A DNA stretch of 64,000 nt from NCBI RefSeq assembly GCF_018977255.1, contig NW_024704743.1, positions 19,532,001-19,596,000 of the forward strand, in the 5' to 3' direction. Positions within the stretch are counted from its first letter, which is position 1. Every line of letters begins with the position of its first letter. Below, one piece after another: positions 51,280-64,000 of this stretch. Origin of the DNA: Callorhinchus milii. Taxonomy: Eukaryota. The notes below the pieces were generated by a model, which saw nothing but the letters and a program-made list of their open reading frames with translations, did no database searches and had not been told where the DNA came from. The translations under genes were made by a program, and so were the position numbers.

Positions 51280-53142
51280 TATACTTTTTTTGAATCATTA
51301 CAGACTTCTGCAACTGTAAAAACAAGAGATTTGCATCTCAGTGGGCGTGGTACCACATTATGCAGAAGGGGAATGTATTCATTTCAAGGTCCTGAGTGCA
51401 CTTTATTCCAAAAGTACATAAGTCTTCAGTTATCCCTCTCAGTGCCGGAGGCCTTTGGAAAGTTAGGCCACACAAGTGCTTTCTTTGGAAATGATAAATG
51501 ACTATGTTAATGTATCAATTATTAAGTGCAGCATTTCAAACTGATTCTGTTTTGCTGCTTACTGTACAGAAGGGAATCACGTCTTACTGAAGGTTGCTTT
51601 GATCTTTGATCTTATCCATTAGCACTAAATTTGCCTTATTTTTAATGATCTTAAGTGTTTTTTCCCCAGTACAGAATTTCTGTCAACGCTACCTGGAGCC
51701 TGCATTTATTTTTCATTAGCATGTCTGAGGCTGCTCTTTGGCGACTTTCAAGGCTTGTTATTCACATACCTTTGTCCTGCATTGCGTGGCACTTGATGCT
51801 CGTTCAAACATGCCTTGCCAATTGTGCTACCAAATATAGAACAGTGGAACTTTCTCCATTCCTGTTTACCATATTTTACTAAATCGAAATAATCTACAGA
51901 TTCCATCTGTAATCTACAGGTTCTAGTATCGTGTGCAATGTTACAATATGGTAATGCTGCTTATGTACAATGAGTAGATAACTTGGTTGTAACAGTCGAT
52001 GTTAGAGGTTAACTAGGTAATTCAGAACACTATTCTTCTGCTCTTTGTTGAAGGGCTACTGGTCCACTGACATCAGTAGGTGTGTCCCTGTGACTTGAAT
52101 CATGGAAATTACAGCACTGAAAGAGGCCATTCTTTTCACTGAGCTTGAACTGGTTCATCCACTGACGTATTGTATAATAACCCTTACATTTGATATAACA
52201 TGTTATTATGTCAAATATCTAATGCCATTTCAACGCTCTTTCCTCGTACCTATTCTTTTTTGTTCCTTTTCAAAGTTGCTTGAACCGCAGAGTTCTCTGA
52301 CACAATATAGTTGAAAGAGAATCCATGCATAATTTTAAAAGGAATAAGACAGATGGTTCAAACAGAGGAACAGTAAAGGGCATGTAGAGCGAGCGGCAGC
52401 ATGGGGAATAGATTGGGTGTCTCGTTTAGAGAAAGAAAATAACCAGAGTTGATGGTCTGAATGGTCTGTCTCTGTCTCTGGGCTGCAATGTTCTTTGATC
52501 CTTCCAAACATTTATCCAATTCCATTTTTAATTACTCCCCATCACTAAAAAAAATTAAATAGTGCACACACAGAGTCATCAATTTAACTTGTTAGTTTTA
52601 TTGCCAAACAGATGCATTTTTGTAGGCAAACATAGCAGGCATCTGAATACACAACCGTTTAACAGCTCTTAGTTTTATATCTCTTCCAATACCAAGGCTT
52701 CCAAAAAGGCAGAGTTCCTGCAGTACTGCAAGGGAACATCAGGATGAATTATAAACTCATTCCCCTCCCACGACACCCCAAATTGAGGTTTAGAAAGAAC
52801 AGTTCCTGACCCAATCAAGTGAGCCATTCCGAGACTAGAGGCAAGAGTGCCACCTATTGAGCCAAACTGGCACTGGTTATGATAATTTAGATTTAACCAG
52901 GAGGGGTGTTCACCACTGGGCAGTTACTAATACAAATCTTTTACCCGTGCATTCTTTTTACAGAAAAATCTATGTTTGTAAATTAAACATGTAAAATTTT
53001 AAAATGTTCTTCCAAAAAGGATAGTGTAACGTTTATGTAGTATCCAAAAGCCGCAAAAAAGAGGGAAAAGAAGCAAAAAAAATCATTGAAAGTATACACA
53101 GCCCCTGCTCTCTGCTTCATTTGACTTTAGTTTATACTGTAT

Positions 53143-53200
53143 GTGGTTTGCTTCTTCATGAACCATTGACCATTCAATGGTTCATGAAGAACCAAACTAT
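53143..53200. repeat. Hairpin with a 27-bp stem and 4-nt loop
   Basis: 18 perfect pairs (ttcttcatgaaccattga / tcaatggttcatgaagaa), extended past one mismatch and two G-U pairs. Confidence 0.88.
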
Positions 53201-53870
53201 TCAAGCCCTCCGAGATGCTGCCCCACGTGAAGGACATCATAGGGGAGGACAAGTTTGCAAGGCTATGGGGAGAGAAAGGGGAATGGGATTGAATTGGATA
53301 ACTCTTTTCAAAGAGCCGGCACAGACACGATGGGCCGAATGGCCTCCTTCTGTGCTGTGTGATTCTATGATTCTATGATATAAATACAAGTTGTTGACTG
53401 AAGTTTGCAATAATACAGGTAGTCGCCATTCCTAATGGGATTTCTTAATAAAGATTATTAAGTTAAACATGGAGATGCTTTGTATAATGCTGTATAATTT
53501 ACATTTACATAGTAACTTTCACATTGGCATGATGTCCCAAAGCGCATTCAGGGTGCCTGAACTGGGCTGGGAGTTGTGGGGGTGGGAGATAACGAAAAGT
53601 GTGGTCAATCAGTTATGTTTCGAAAGAGGGGAGGGAAAGAGCGAATCTGAGGAACTCAGGGATGGAGTTTAGGGGACAGTGGGGAACAATGGCTAAAAGC
53701 ACACCTGCCGACAGTGGGGTGGATAGGATGGGAGGCAGCGGTTGACTCAGTAGGTCGAAGGAGGTCACAGAAGTAGCATGAGGTGATACTGTGGAGGGAT
53801 TTAAAAGTGAAAATGAGCGTTTTGAACTAGATGCATTGGGGATGAGGAGCCAATGGAGCTGAGCGAGGAT
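53200..53870. mobile_element. L2 tail with a CR1 tail inserted (about 53240-53380 +), then an old L2 3' fragment (53490-53870 -)
   Basis: gagccggcacagacacgatgggccgaatggcctccttctgtgctg plus atgattct repeats. Confidence 0.75.
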
Positions 53871-55899
53871 CCTCGTAACTTGAGGGACCTAATGACAATC
53901 CGCAGAAGCGGCGCGTGGTCACAGTCTGCTTCAGAGCAGCGTTCCCACTGGATGGTGCACTTCTGTTTGTCAGAAGAGTTTCCTATTTGTGACTCAAAGA
54001 CCTTGTTAAGAAATCACATTAGAAATCATCGCATTTTAAGCCCCATTGTGGTCAATGTAATTGGAAGTATCTTTCTGTGGAACAGCTTCTGAAGTACTAC
54101 ACATAACTAGAGCCATCCACAGTAATGCATGGTGACAGACAGCTACACTTTGCTGTTGTTTCAATAGTTACAGCCTGTTTCAAGTTACAATTACTAAACT
54201 ACATTGAACTGTGAAACACAGCACTGATATTTTTGCTGGTATTATATATTTTACAAACATTATCTAAAATGTTTTCTGACAGCTTCATATAAAGTACCAG
54301 TTCCCATGGGCTTTAAAAGTGCTTGTTTTGGTTATGAAAGTGTATGCTGCAGTGAATTGCTGCAGTTAATGTTCAAGACAGAGTCATCCATCTCATCTGT
54401 ACTCAACACATTTCCAGCACTTAAAAAGAGGACAACAACGATATTCACTCTAATAATTGGATCTTTGCAGATTTCGGTTCAGGACCTGAACATTGACATA
54501 ACCAAAGTCAAATTAATAGTACAACAGACACATTTTGTTAAGTTGATTTTAGGAAGCCTATTGTTGTACTATGTGCAATGAATTTTTGTGTGATTATAGT
54601 TTTAATAAGGAGGCAGTGAACTGGAGTATCATTTATCTGCAATATCAGAATCTTACAGTGACTGGCAACTGCATCTAATAAATTAATTTGAACTATAAAT
54701 ATAATTGTTTGAATTTAAAAAACAGTAAAAGCTCTTAACCTTGTTTAGATACCTCATCCACATTGACATTGTGGTAGGTGTCAAGGGCTGAATGGCTTCT
54801 GCGCTGTAAAGGGCTACAATTATGTGATTCTTGTGTGATTCTCTTGCTGTTATGTCATTTACCTGCTGGTGATGGCATGTAAGTCTGAAGTAACTCGAGG
54901 CAATGTTGATAGTTGACCAAGTTGTCTGTCTCATTAAATGCAAAGATTATTATAATGAGACTTGAAGGCATACACTTGTTCAAACTGGTGAAACTGTTGG
55001 ATGTTAATTAAGAAATAAGGACCAATTGACTAGGACTAATGGAAGGAGATCAGGAGGGAGAGAAAGCAGGGAGAACTGAGTAGAAGGTGTTGGATGGTAT
55101 AACTGAAGACCTAACATAAAAGAGTGTTCTACAGATTATTTGTTGAGAACATAACAAAATCCTGATAAGTAGGGTGGAGCTAGTTGGACAAGCATTATGA
55201 AATTGGCTCAAGCTGCAGACAGAGGTTTGGTAGCAAAACATTTATAATTATATAAAACTTTCATACACCAAACATTGTTTTACTGAAATCCCAGTTCTCA
55301 AACTACAGAACTTCCATTCAATTTGGTAGCCAAATGGTGGTCACCTAGTGGTGACTCCCAGGTCTCAGCCTCTGATGTGTATTCAGTTTCTGAGAGCTAT
55401 ACAAGTGCTTCATAGTTGACTCACTTAGATAAGGAAGTGTTTTGGTTCTGTTGAGTGTCTCATGCAGTGGGAATTCATCAAGTGTCAGACAGGGGACCAG
55501 GAAACAGCCACTTTCCAATATTTTAGTTAAACTAATTTCAGATCATTACATTTAAAAGCAAAATAAACTGAATGATTAATTTTTTAAAGAAAGTGGCATA
55601 CTGTTGGGTTTTTTAAAATGTAATTTGTTGAAGGATCTACCTCACTGAAAAACAGTGTGTCAGACTCCTAGTTTTTATGCCAAGTGGGCAATGCTAATAG
55701 TAGACTGGAGCAGTATAAACATCACTTTCTGTAAAGTTAAGATTTTTTTTACTCAGCTCTGGATCTTATTACATAATTGACACATCTCAAAACACTGCTC
55801 AGGATTAGTGACTGTGTATTTTGTAGGCAAACATAGCAGCCAATTTGTGCACAGAAATGTCCCACAAACAGCCATGAAAGAATGTGCATAATTGTATTG

Positions 55900-56170
55900 C
55901 TATCGATGGTTACCCTTAGAAGGTGATGGTGAGGCCTTCTCTTTAAACCTGCATGGATGACATTGGGAAGGGAGTTCCAGGACTTTGACGCAGAAGTGGT
56001 GGTCTATGTCCAAGTCAGGATGTGAGCGACTTGGAGAGGAACTTGTAAGTGGTTAATATAAAGCTGTTCTTGTTTCTCTGCAATGGATTTGGTGGTGTTT
56101 AGGATAGGTGAGAGTTTTGAATGGAATCTGTTGCTGCAATGTGTTTTCATAATTGATCACAGCTGATCAC
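55900..56170 (-). mobile_element. Decayed 3' fragment of another LINE family
   Basis: Antisense SWNSLP motif (gggaagggagttccagg) in a context unlike the local L2 and CR1 copies. Confidence 0.45.
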
Positions 56171-56799
56171 AACGCACAAAATGCTGATGAATTGAAAACC
56201 GCAGGACCAAGTAATAGTCTGGATCAAGGGTCTTTGAAATCTGATGTTTTCAGACATAAAACAGGATTTCCCCAGTTGTAATCACATCATCAAAGTCACT
56301 TAAGAGATAAGACGATTTTCACTCGCCCAGTGCAGAAATCTTCTCTGATTTCCTTTGCCTCTCTGATTTCCTTTGCCTGGAGCCATCCATCCCATCGAGC
56401 CTGTGCTTGTCTCTCCGAAAGAGCTAACCTTTTACTCCCACTCCTCTGCCCTTTTTCCCACACAAGGAAGGAAATAAATTGCATTTTTATCGCACCTTAT
56501 CACATAGAAACTCTCAAAGCTCAAAGGGCTACCAAGATGGAGGCATAGGAGGGAAGGAAATAAATAAATGAATAGCATTCTCATAGCACTTTATTACATC
56601 AAACGCTCATTGCTCCAAGGATCATTCAGAGAGATGATGGAGGCAGAATGTAACAGAAAGTATAAGAAGGAATTGGGTAGCGAGGTGGGAATGAAAGTAT
56701 GAGAGATGGAGTAGTGCTTGTTTTTTTTAAATTCGGGACCAGTCAACAGACTGCAGTGGTCCTTTCCGCCCCTCCGCATTGCTAGGTATGCTCCACCAT

Positions 56800-57490
56800 G
56801 TGTCAGTTTGTCTCACTCTCGCCTCTTAGTCTAAGCTGACGTTCCATTTCAGGGCTAGGGGTGTGTTGCATTGTCAGAGGTGCCATCCTTCGGATGAGAA
56901 GTTAAACCGAGGTCCCGTCTGCCTGTTCAGCTTGACGTTAAACATCCCATGGCACTACTCGAAAAGAGAAGGGGCTTTCTCCTGTTATCCTTGCCAATAA
57001 CTCCCCTAAATAAAAAAAATTGGTTATTCATTCCATGACTTTTCGTGGGACACTGCTGTGCGCAACTGGCTACCACGTTCACCCAGAAAATCTAGTCAAT
57101 CCACTTTACAGTATATTAATAATAATACTCCTTGCATTTGATATAGCGCTTTTCACGTCTTCTAGATGTCTCAAAGTGCTTCACAGAATATGCTGTAAAG
57201 TGAATTGACTGTATATTTGTGGGTGAAACGCAGCAGCCAATTGCACACAGCAGTGTCCCACAAACAATCGTGGATTGAAGTGACCAATTTTTTTGTTTTT
57301 TCTTGAGGGATCATTATCAGGCGTGTTGGAGTAAGGAAACTTGCCCAAGGTTTCGCCCTGCCGGGAATCGAACCCAGGTCTGTTGCTTGCGAGGCGAGTG
57401 CTCTAACCACTAAGCTATATTCTGTGAAGCGCAAAGAGACATCTTGACGATGTGATAAGGTGCATTATCAAATGCAAAGATTATTATTGT
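56800..57490 (+). mobile_element. Well-preserved Deu-domain SINE, interrupted
   Basis: ggtgccatccttcggatgagaagttaaaccgaggtcccgtctgcc...catcccatggcactactcg; the tail resumes after 57421. Confidence 0.82.
57118..57415 (-). mobile_element. Young SINE, short form, inserted antisense in the Deu SINE
   Basis: Target duplication tatatt at 57112-57117 and 57416-57421. Confidence 0.88.
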
Positions 57491-59759
57491 TATGTTTATA
57501 CGAGCGCAGAACTCACAGCAGCTGTTGCCTCCAAGTAAAATGAAGAGGTAGGTGCTCCTTCTCATTTGAAGTAAACATCTGAGTTAATGGAAAAAAAATT
57601 ATCCATCAAGAAATTTGGCACTAACTTCACGATATAACCCTGAATTCCAGCCTCTTCAGAGATCATTAAATCTATGACTTGGTGTGTCATGATTAAGAAT
57701 CATACCACTGCATACAAATGAAGTTGCATGATGAGTGCTCCGTTCTTGTCTGAGCAAGCAGATTAGATTCTGATAACACATTATAGAGCGACTGTAATGA
57801 AAAAACACTGTGTATACGTTCTAATTTCCTGAAGATTTCCTGTTCTGATGAGGCACTTACTCCAGAGGTCCATTGCACCAGCTGGTGACATGATGGCAGT
57901 GTCATTTAGATTTCATATTAATACCTAATGCAGCAGACAGTGCAATTTTCCGCATGTTTAATGAAAGTGCCTTGTGAAAATGATAGTTCAGCATGAAGCT
58001 TCAGTGCATTATTAGTTTGTGTGGAAGACTCATCCCTTCCAGCAACATCGTTGAGAAGCTGGAGGTGCAAATAATTGTGGTGGAACCCGATATAAAGAGC
58101 ATCAAATCACCCTCCAGACTCTTGTTATCATTGATTGTGGTTAAAAACAGATTTTTGGATAAGCTTCATCCTTAACTGGTGTCTGCATTTTAATACCCAA
58201 TTCTCTTTCATCCACCACTCTTTGAGGTCTCTTGAAATATATTTGCTCTTTGCATAGAATATCTAATGGGTCACTGTGTGCTTAGAGTGTGCTTCAAAGA
58301 ATGACACTAATATTTACTTTATTGTAATAGACTTTCTTTGTATGGAGCTTCCATTGCCCGGCTTTGTTGTGAATGTTACTATGGTTCAGTGCAAGCTTGC
58401 TGTCAAGTCAGGCAATAGATTGCTCTATTTTGCCTCTGTCAATGTAAAATCATCATTATTGAGTTTAGATTTCGGTCACCATCAGTATCAAAAGGATACT
58501 TGTAATTTAACTTAATTCCTGAAGTGCCCATAAGGTGTCAATTCTGGGTACCATACAGTTCTATAAGTTCTATAATAATTCTGGGTGTGTAAAAAGACAG
58601 TACACAGAGAGGAAAATTGTTAAATACTGCAGAAGGTTTCCCTGTTTGACTTAAAAACAGATGGGTATAGAGGTTCTTCCTTTAGGATTGAACTTTAACG
58701 CATTGAAATGGGATTTGTATTACATTAATTTTCCTTTTGCTTGAATTAAGTTCCTTATGCAAGGATCACAAGAGCGATTAGGATAATGAAAATCTTTCAG
58801 CTCATTTGATTTCATCCTTGCAGAATATCCACCCTACCATATCTCATTTCAGTATTGCACTGTTCATTGAGTATGTTCAGTATCTTGGTTTCAACTACCC
58901 CTCCTGGTGTTGGTCTTAAAATTGCTCGTCATAATCCTGAACCTGTGTGGTATCTTGTCCTGCTGCCTTGGTATATCTGACAGTATGCTCATAAACCCCC
59001 CAAAAAAGCATATGGGGAAAAGGCAGGGAAGGATGCAAAACTTCTTAAAGAGCCAACCCAGGCAAGATGGGCCAAATGACTTTCAACTATGCTGAAACAC
59101 TTTATGATTCTAAAATCTACCATAGAAGATCAATACACTTAGAACTTGTACGGCGATGTTCTGAGCAAAGGGATGCAACAGTAGTTAGGAGATCTGTTTG
59201 CCTTGGTAATTCAGACAACTGAGTGAGAAATAACTTTTTTTCAGTACTGTAAGTGAAGACGCTGGATTTGTTTTTCTTGTTCCCTTATTCATGAATAAAG
59301 TATGAGTTGATTGTTTACCCTTAAGAGGAAACCTTTTACCTCACTGCCTGGCCAGGGTAGCCTGAAATTTCACCTGCTCTTGCCCTGTTTGTGGCATAAT
59401 TTTGTCTTTGGATGTCCTCTTGACGTGAAAGACCTTTTACAAGTGTAAGTTGTTGTTGATGGGCACTCAATCCACGACCGCTTGTGGGGCACTGCTGTGC
59501 GCAATTGGCTGCTGCATTTCACCCACAAAGTATACAGTCAATTCAATTTACAGTATATTCTGAAGCACTTTGAGACATCTCGATGACCTGATGAGGCGCT
59601 ATATCAGATGCAAGGATTATTATTATTGTTATTTTACCATTGAGGAGAGTCAGCTGATTCATGCCATGGGTTACATTTTGTACAGTGAAGAATAGGGTGG
59701 GAACCCTAGTGGAGCAGGAGCCAGTTATATCCCCACATCTGTTACCCTGAGTGAACTTA

Positions 59760-60030
59760 CATAAGAACATTAAGAATTAGGAGCAGGAGTAAGCCATTCA
59801 ATAAGATCACAGCTGATCTATTCTAACTCCACCTACCCGCCTTATCCCCATGATCCCTTTATCCACAAGAAATTTATCAATCTCAGTCTTGAATATGTTG
59901 AAGGACTGAGCATCTACAGCCCTTTGGGGTAGAGAATTCCATAAATTCACTACTCTCTGAGTGAAGAAGTTTTTCCTCAACTCAGTGCGAAAGGACTTAC
60001 CCCTAATTTTAAGGTTGTGTGACCTTCTGA
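59760..60030 (-). mobile_element. CR1 LINE 3' end
   Basis: FRTELRKNFFTQRVVNLWNSLP peptide; (ttcttatg)-type tail. Confidence 0.88.
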
Positions 60031-60694
60031 CTTGTGTGCCTTCGAGCATCAGGAAGCTAACTCTTTCTTAATTACAGAACAGAGTCACCCCATGAAACAT
60101 TCAGAAGCCAACCTGGACAGATTCACGTTTGAAATGGAAGGAGGAAATATCTGCCTAGGATGCCCAGAGCCTTGGGACATCCTTCTGACCTGAAAGGCGC
60201 TGTATAAATGTAATTTTTTGTTGTTGGTGGTACTTAGGGCAGAATTCTCCCTCGCCATCCTATGTCGCTTGGCGAAAATTCCATTCTTGTCAAGAGAGCA
60301 GAGAATTTGCAATGGTCTGCATGGCCCCTTAATAAAGTGAACTGGATCAGCTGACTTGACTTCTATCTTCTTATAATTTGATGGCACGCAGGAAATGGAT
60401 GAATGGGCCCAATTTGCAGTTGAGTGCTTCTTAACAGGATTCCAAACTAAGGCATTGCAAACACTGGCAAGCTTCCTGCTGCTTGTCCAATGGGGTCCAC
60501 CCCAACAGTTAGGGCTTTGGTTCGCAGGGATAATGGGAGCCAAGAACTGAAATACACCCTGACCTGAAATAAAAATGAATAATGCTGCAATGCGTAACCA
60601 ATCAATCAGCACTTGAAAGACAGGCTAATCCTTTGGATGTGACTTTTCCTAGGATGGCAGTGATATGGCTGGAGACTTTACCCACCACCCCATA

Positions 60695-61075
60695 ATAACA
60701 TTAATAATCCTTGCATGTTGTGAAAACATCTCAAAAGTTTTTTTAATGTAAAGTGTAGCAACTGTGTATTTTGTGGACAAACACAGCAGCCAATTCTAGA
60801 CAAATACAGCAATGTACCGCAAACAGCCAGGAAGTGAATGACCAATTCTATCTGGAGGGTTATGGCCAGGATGCAAGGAGAAACACCCTTGTCTTTTTGA
60901 ATAGTGCCATGGGATCTTTAACGTCCATTTGAACAGGCAGATGGGCCCGCCATTCAATGTTTCATCTCAAAGGCAGCAACTCCAATAATACAGAACAATA
61001 CCACCCCTCAACACTGCATTGGAATATAAGGCTTGAACCTGCTCAGGAGTGAGAGTGCAACTATGCAGGCTGACA
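60695..61075 (-). mobile_element. Old Deu-domain SINE
   Basis: aatagtgccatgggatctttaacgtcca segment; head near 61075. Confidence 0.78.
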
Positions 61076-62285
61076 AGATAGAGAAGGTGAATCAGGAACA
61101 AAGCTTTTCATCTCTCATTCTCTCTCAGATGATGAAGGACCCAGATGTGTTTATCTAGCATTTTCTGTCCTCATTTCAGATCTTTTTTTCCCCGTATCTT
61201 TACAATTGCAAATGGTTCGATTGAAGCCGTTTTCATCACCAGTTTTGATGTGATGAATGGATGCAAATAAAAACTTTTTTTTAAAAATCAAAATGATTGC
61301 GGCAAAACCATTGAGGCGATTCAACTAGTTGATATGATGGAGAGTTGATTTTTAGTTTCTGTGGGTCAGTAATCTTCTCATGCCTCATTTACCTTCTGTT
61401 CTTATGCACTTAACTTCTCTAACTTGGGTGTCATATGGAACGTATGTTAGAAACGTCACTGCCTATAAATCTGAACTGGACTCGCTTGCAACTGACCCTG
61501 TTCAATTCATTCCATCACTGCCTGAATAATGAAGGCAGAATTAAGTAGAGCACTAGCTCATTTCTGAAGAAACCTCAATTTTAGCTAATGCTTGCAGGCT
61601 CATTTATCATGTGAACCAGGTATCTTTATACAGGACTGCTGAATGTACAGGAATGGTTATAAATATAACATGGCTGGGCAGACTCGCTTTGTTTTCAACA
61701 GAATTGCTGCATCAACATTTGTGTCCTACTTTTCTTGACACAACATAAATTGCATTATTGTGATAGTTCCCAATTGTTGTGCCAAAAAAGCAATATGTGC
61801 TTGGGTGCTTGGAACTGTATTGGACCAAGAATTGATCCGCAGGATGGAGGATGGCAGGGGGATAAAATAAGAAAAACAGAGTTAACAGGAAAGACAGCAG
61901 AGCTGCCAGGAGAACACAGTAATAAAGCATGTGTTTTTTATAATGGGAGATGATCTAAGACAACCTTTATATTTTTTCTAAGTAACAACTGTTCTATTAT
62001 TGTAAAATATGGAATATGGAAAGTATTGTAAAATATGGAACACAAAATCTGGAGCACAACCACTGCACCACAAATATTGTATCTCAGAGCAGTGCTCCAA
62101 GATGCTATTCCTGGGTGAAGGATGCTCTATAGATGCAAGTTGTTATTGTACCTGCATTGCTATGTAAGCAAACCTCTTTCCAGATTTTTTTTGTAACTGA
62201 GAATGCTACATAAACAAATCTTTGTGTAATAATCTACAAAGATAAAAGAACGAACATGTCGTGTGAACGTGTGATGATGTGTTGC

Positions 62286-62315
62286 CTAATCGTTGCTTGT
62301 GTTTCTTCATTCTAG
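62286..62315 (+). promoter_or_regulatory. Branch point, polypyrimidine tract and 3' splice site of the exon
   Basis: CTAAT at 62286-62290, about 26 nt upstream of the AG, followed by gcttgtgtttcttcattctAG. Confidence 0.7.
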
Positions 62316-62524
62316 GGGCACTCTACACATTTAGTCAGAGGTTACCTTCAGATGTCCTGGTAGATATGAAAAGCTACCACCACAGATTGAAGCGACAGCA
62401 GCCACCAGGGTCACCCAAGTCAGTGGATACAAACCGTGCCAGTCCAGAGCAGGACTTTGAAGATCCCACTAAGATCTTTGATATTCTACCTGAAGATGAC
62501 AATGCCAATGATACACAGATCGAG
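62316..62524 (+). CDS. PLXDC2: Internal coding exon (exon 2) of plexin domain-containing protein 2
   Basis: Translates as (G)ALYTFSQRLPSDVLVDMKSYHHRLKRQQPPGSPKSVDTNRASPEQDFEDPTKIFDILPEDDNANDTQIE, which resembles human PLXDC2 as I recall it (VDSHAYSHRWKR...KAVDTNRASVGQD...QDNNTQIE). Acceptor gtttcttcattctag ends at 62315; donor GAG|gtatgt starts at 62525. Phase 1 in, phase 0 out; 209 nt. Confidence 0.9.
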
Positions 62525-62569
62525 GTATGTTTTTGTTTCAGGAGTTGGAGGCCAAGCTATCTTATAAAG

Positions 62570-63012
62570 CCATAGAAATTTAGAACACAGAAGAAGGCCA
62601 TTTATCCCATCCATGTTAGTGCTGGCTGAAAGATCCAGCTGTTTATTCCTTCTTCCTGCATTTTTCCTAAATCTTATTATATTTCTTTTTTTCAGGTATT
62701 TTTCTAATTCGCTCTTAAAAACTGACAGATTCTGCCTCAACTATTGTTCGAAATAAGGCCCTCAGCATTCTAACAACCTTATGTGTAAAAAAGAACTCTT
62801 CTCTTTCTTTTTTACTTTCTGTTCTTATTTTATATCTATGTCCTCTAGTTACGGACTCACCAGACAGTTGAAATAATTTCTCTTTGTTTATTTTTATCAA
62901 ATACCCTCTTCATTTTAAAACACCAATCAGGTCTCCTCTCAACCTTCTCGGTTCCAGGGAAAATAGCCCCATTTCTTCCACATTCATAAACAAATGCTCC
63001 AATCCTTGGTAT
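62570..63012 (-). mobile_element. Decayed CR1 3' end
   Basis: INKEKLFQL.GESVTRGHRYKI peptide. Confidence 0.8.
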
Positions 63013-63027
63013 CATCCCTCCCCTTTT

Positions 63028-63390
63028 AATTCCCTCCACCGCCTCACCCCACCCTACCTCTGTGACCTCCTACAACCCTCCCAACCCTGCCGTTCTCTTC
63101 GCTCAGTGTGCACCAGCCTGCTTCGTGTTCTCTGCCACACTATCAATTGGTGACCGTTCAGCTATTATGCCCTCGCTCCTTAAAACTCCATCCTGGAGTC
63201 TCTCCGACTTGTTCCTTCCCTCCTAACTTTAAAAGACCGCTTTAAGATGCACCTTTTGACTACGCTTTCCATCATCTTTCCCCTCACCACTCCCTTTAGC
63301 TCCCACTACCAACTCGATTGCCCAGCCTGCAGTGTTGAGTATTTTGATTCACCCTCATGTAAAAGGCATTCTATGAATGTTACTTATATT
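63028..63390 (+). mobile_element. Old L2 3' end
   Basis: SLHRLTPPYLCDLLQP peptide and tail. Confidence 0.78.
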
Positions 63391-63479
63391 GTACCATCCA
63401 AGAGAATTTCCTCCACACCTTCTCTATGCCCTTGACATCTTCCTGTAATGGGTGCCTGAAATCCGTGATTATTTGAGCC

Positions 63480-63735
63480 ACATAGACCAATAGGTCCCAA
63501 TTTTGAGCCTTTAATGGACTGATCTCAGCTGGGATAATGATTGGCTTGGTTACCTCTGTATTCCAGGCTAGGCAGAGGAAAAATCAGCTTTGATTCCTGA
63601 TCCTGATCATTATCCAGTGACCTCTCGGATGAGGACAGGATCAGGCACAGCCTATTAATCTGCTGGCACTTACTGTCAGGGCTCCTACATAAAGAATAGA
63701 TATGCAGCCAGTGTCCAATGGAACTGCACTCAACC
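63480..63735 (+). mobile_element. Third SINE family copy
   Basis: ggctaggcagaggaaaaatcagc...ttcctgatcctgatcattatccagtgacc...gaggacaggatcagg matches the 13780-13940 region. Confidence 0.6.
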
Positions 63736-64000
63736 ACATTTCAGTGCTTTCAAGAGAGGACAAAGGAGAGAACACTAAGTGGAAATGTGGATGTATTTTC
63801 ACCATTGCTGCTGCTGCTTTCCTATTCTTTACCCCCGATATAGTAGCAATAATAATAATAAAGTTTGCATTTGATATTGCATCTTATCACGTCGTCAAGA
63901 CATCTCAAAGCACTTCACGTGAGGCGAAAACCCATGTATATGTACTGTACTTAGTTCAATCTGCAGTTAAAGCAGCAAGTCTGTTAAAGCAGTAAGTGTT

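Larger units (their letters stand above)
1..62315 (+). other. PLXDC2: Probable 3' portion of PLXDC2 intron 1
   Basis: No signal-peptide exon with a phase-1 donor and no CpG island recognised upstream. The sequence is repeat-rich. Vertebrate PLXDC2 has a very long first intron (recalled). Confidence 0.65.

Noticed and set aside
56343..56378. Short tandem duplications (18-mer x2 here; also about 5460-5485 and 61998-62040) as an array
   Set aside because: These are two-copy slippage events with no repeat-spacer organisation. Nothing CRISPR-like was seen in the window.
59294..63400. Inverted repeats flanking exon 2 that could drive circular RNA
   Set aside because: The nearest homologous flanking elements are mostly in the same orientation, or are short and diverged, so the sequence gives no support.

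Overview
This is vertebrate genomic DNA. The SINE and LINE repertoire points to a cartilaginous fish, probably a holocephalan (chimaera or elephant shark); this is inferred from recalled repeat families. The only recognisable host-gene sequence is a 209-nt coding exon at 62316-62524 (+). It matches exon 2 of PLXDC2 (TEM7R) in peptide (YHHRLKR...VDTNRAS...NDTQIE) and in splice phase (1/0). The preceding ~62 kb is therefore most likely the 3' part of the large first intron; I found no exon 1 or CpG island. The intron is densely filled with L2 and CR1 LINE fragments and three tRNA-headed SINE families: an old Deu-domain SINE, a younger tRNA-Ala-headed SINE in long and short forms, and a third old family. 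Insertions are often nested. Nearly all ORFs in the supplied track are LINE remnants or chance ORFs. I found no prokaryotic-type system (CRISPR, retron, DGR) and nothing I can support as a new biological system. The most interesting signals are a SINE subfamily whose 3' stem-loop matches that of the youngest L2, a fold-back duplication of a SINE Pol III head, several near-perfect hairpins and inverted duplications, a local direct duplication with a conserved core, and repeat-free islands that are candidate enhancers. Repeat boundaries were read by eye and are approximate.
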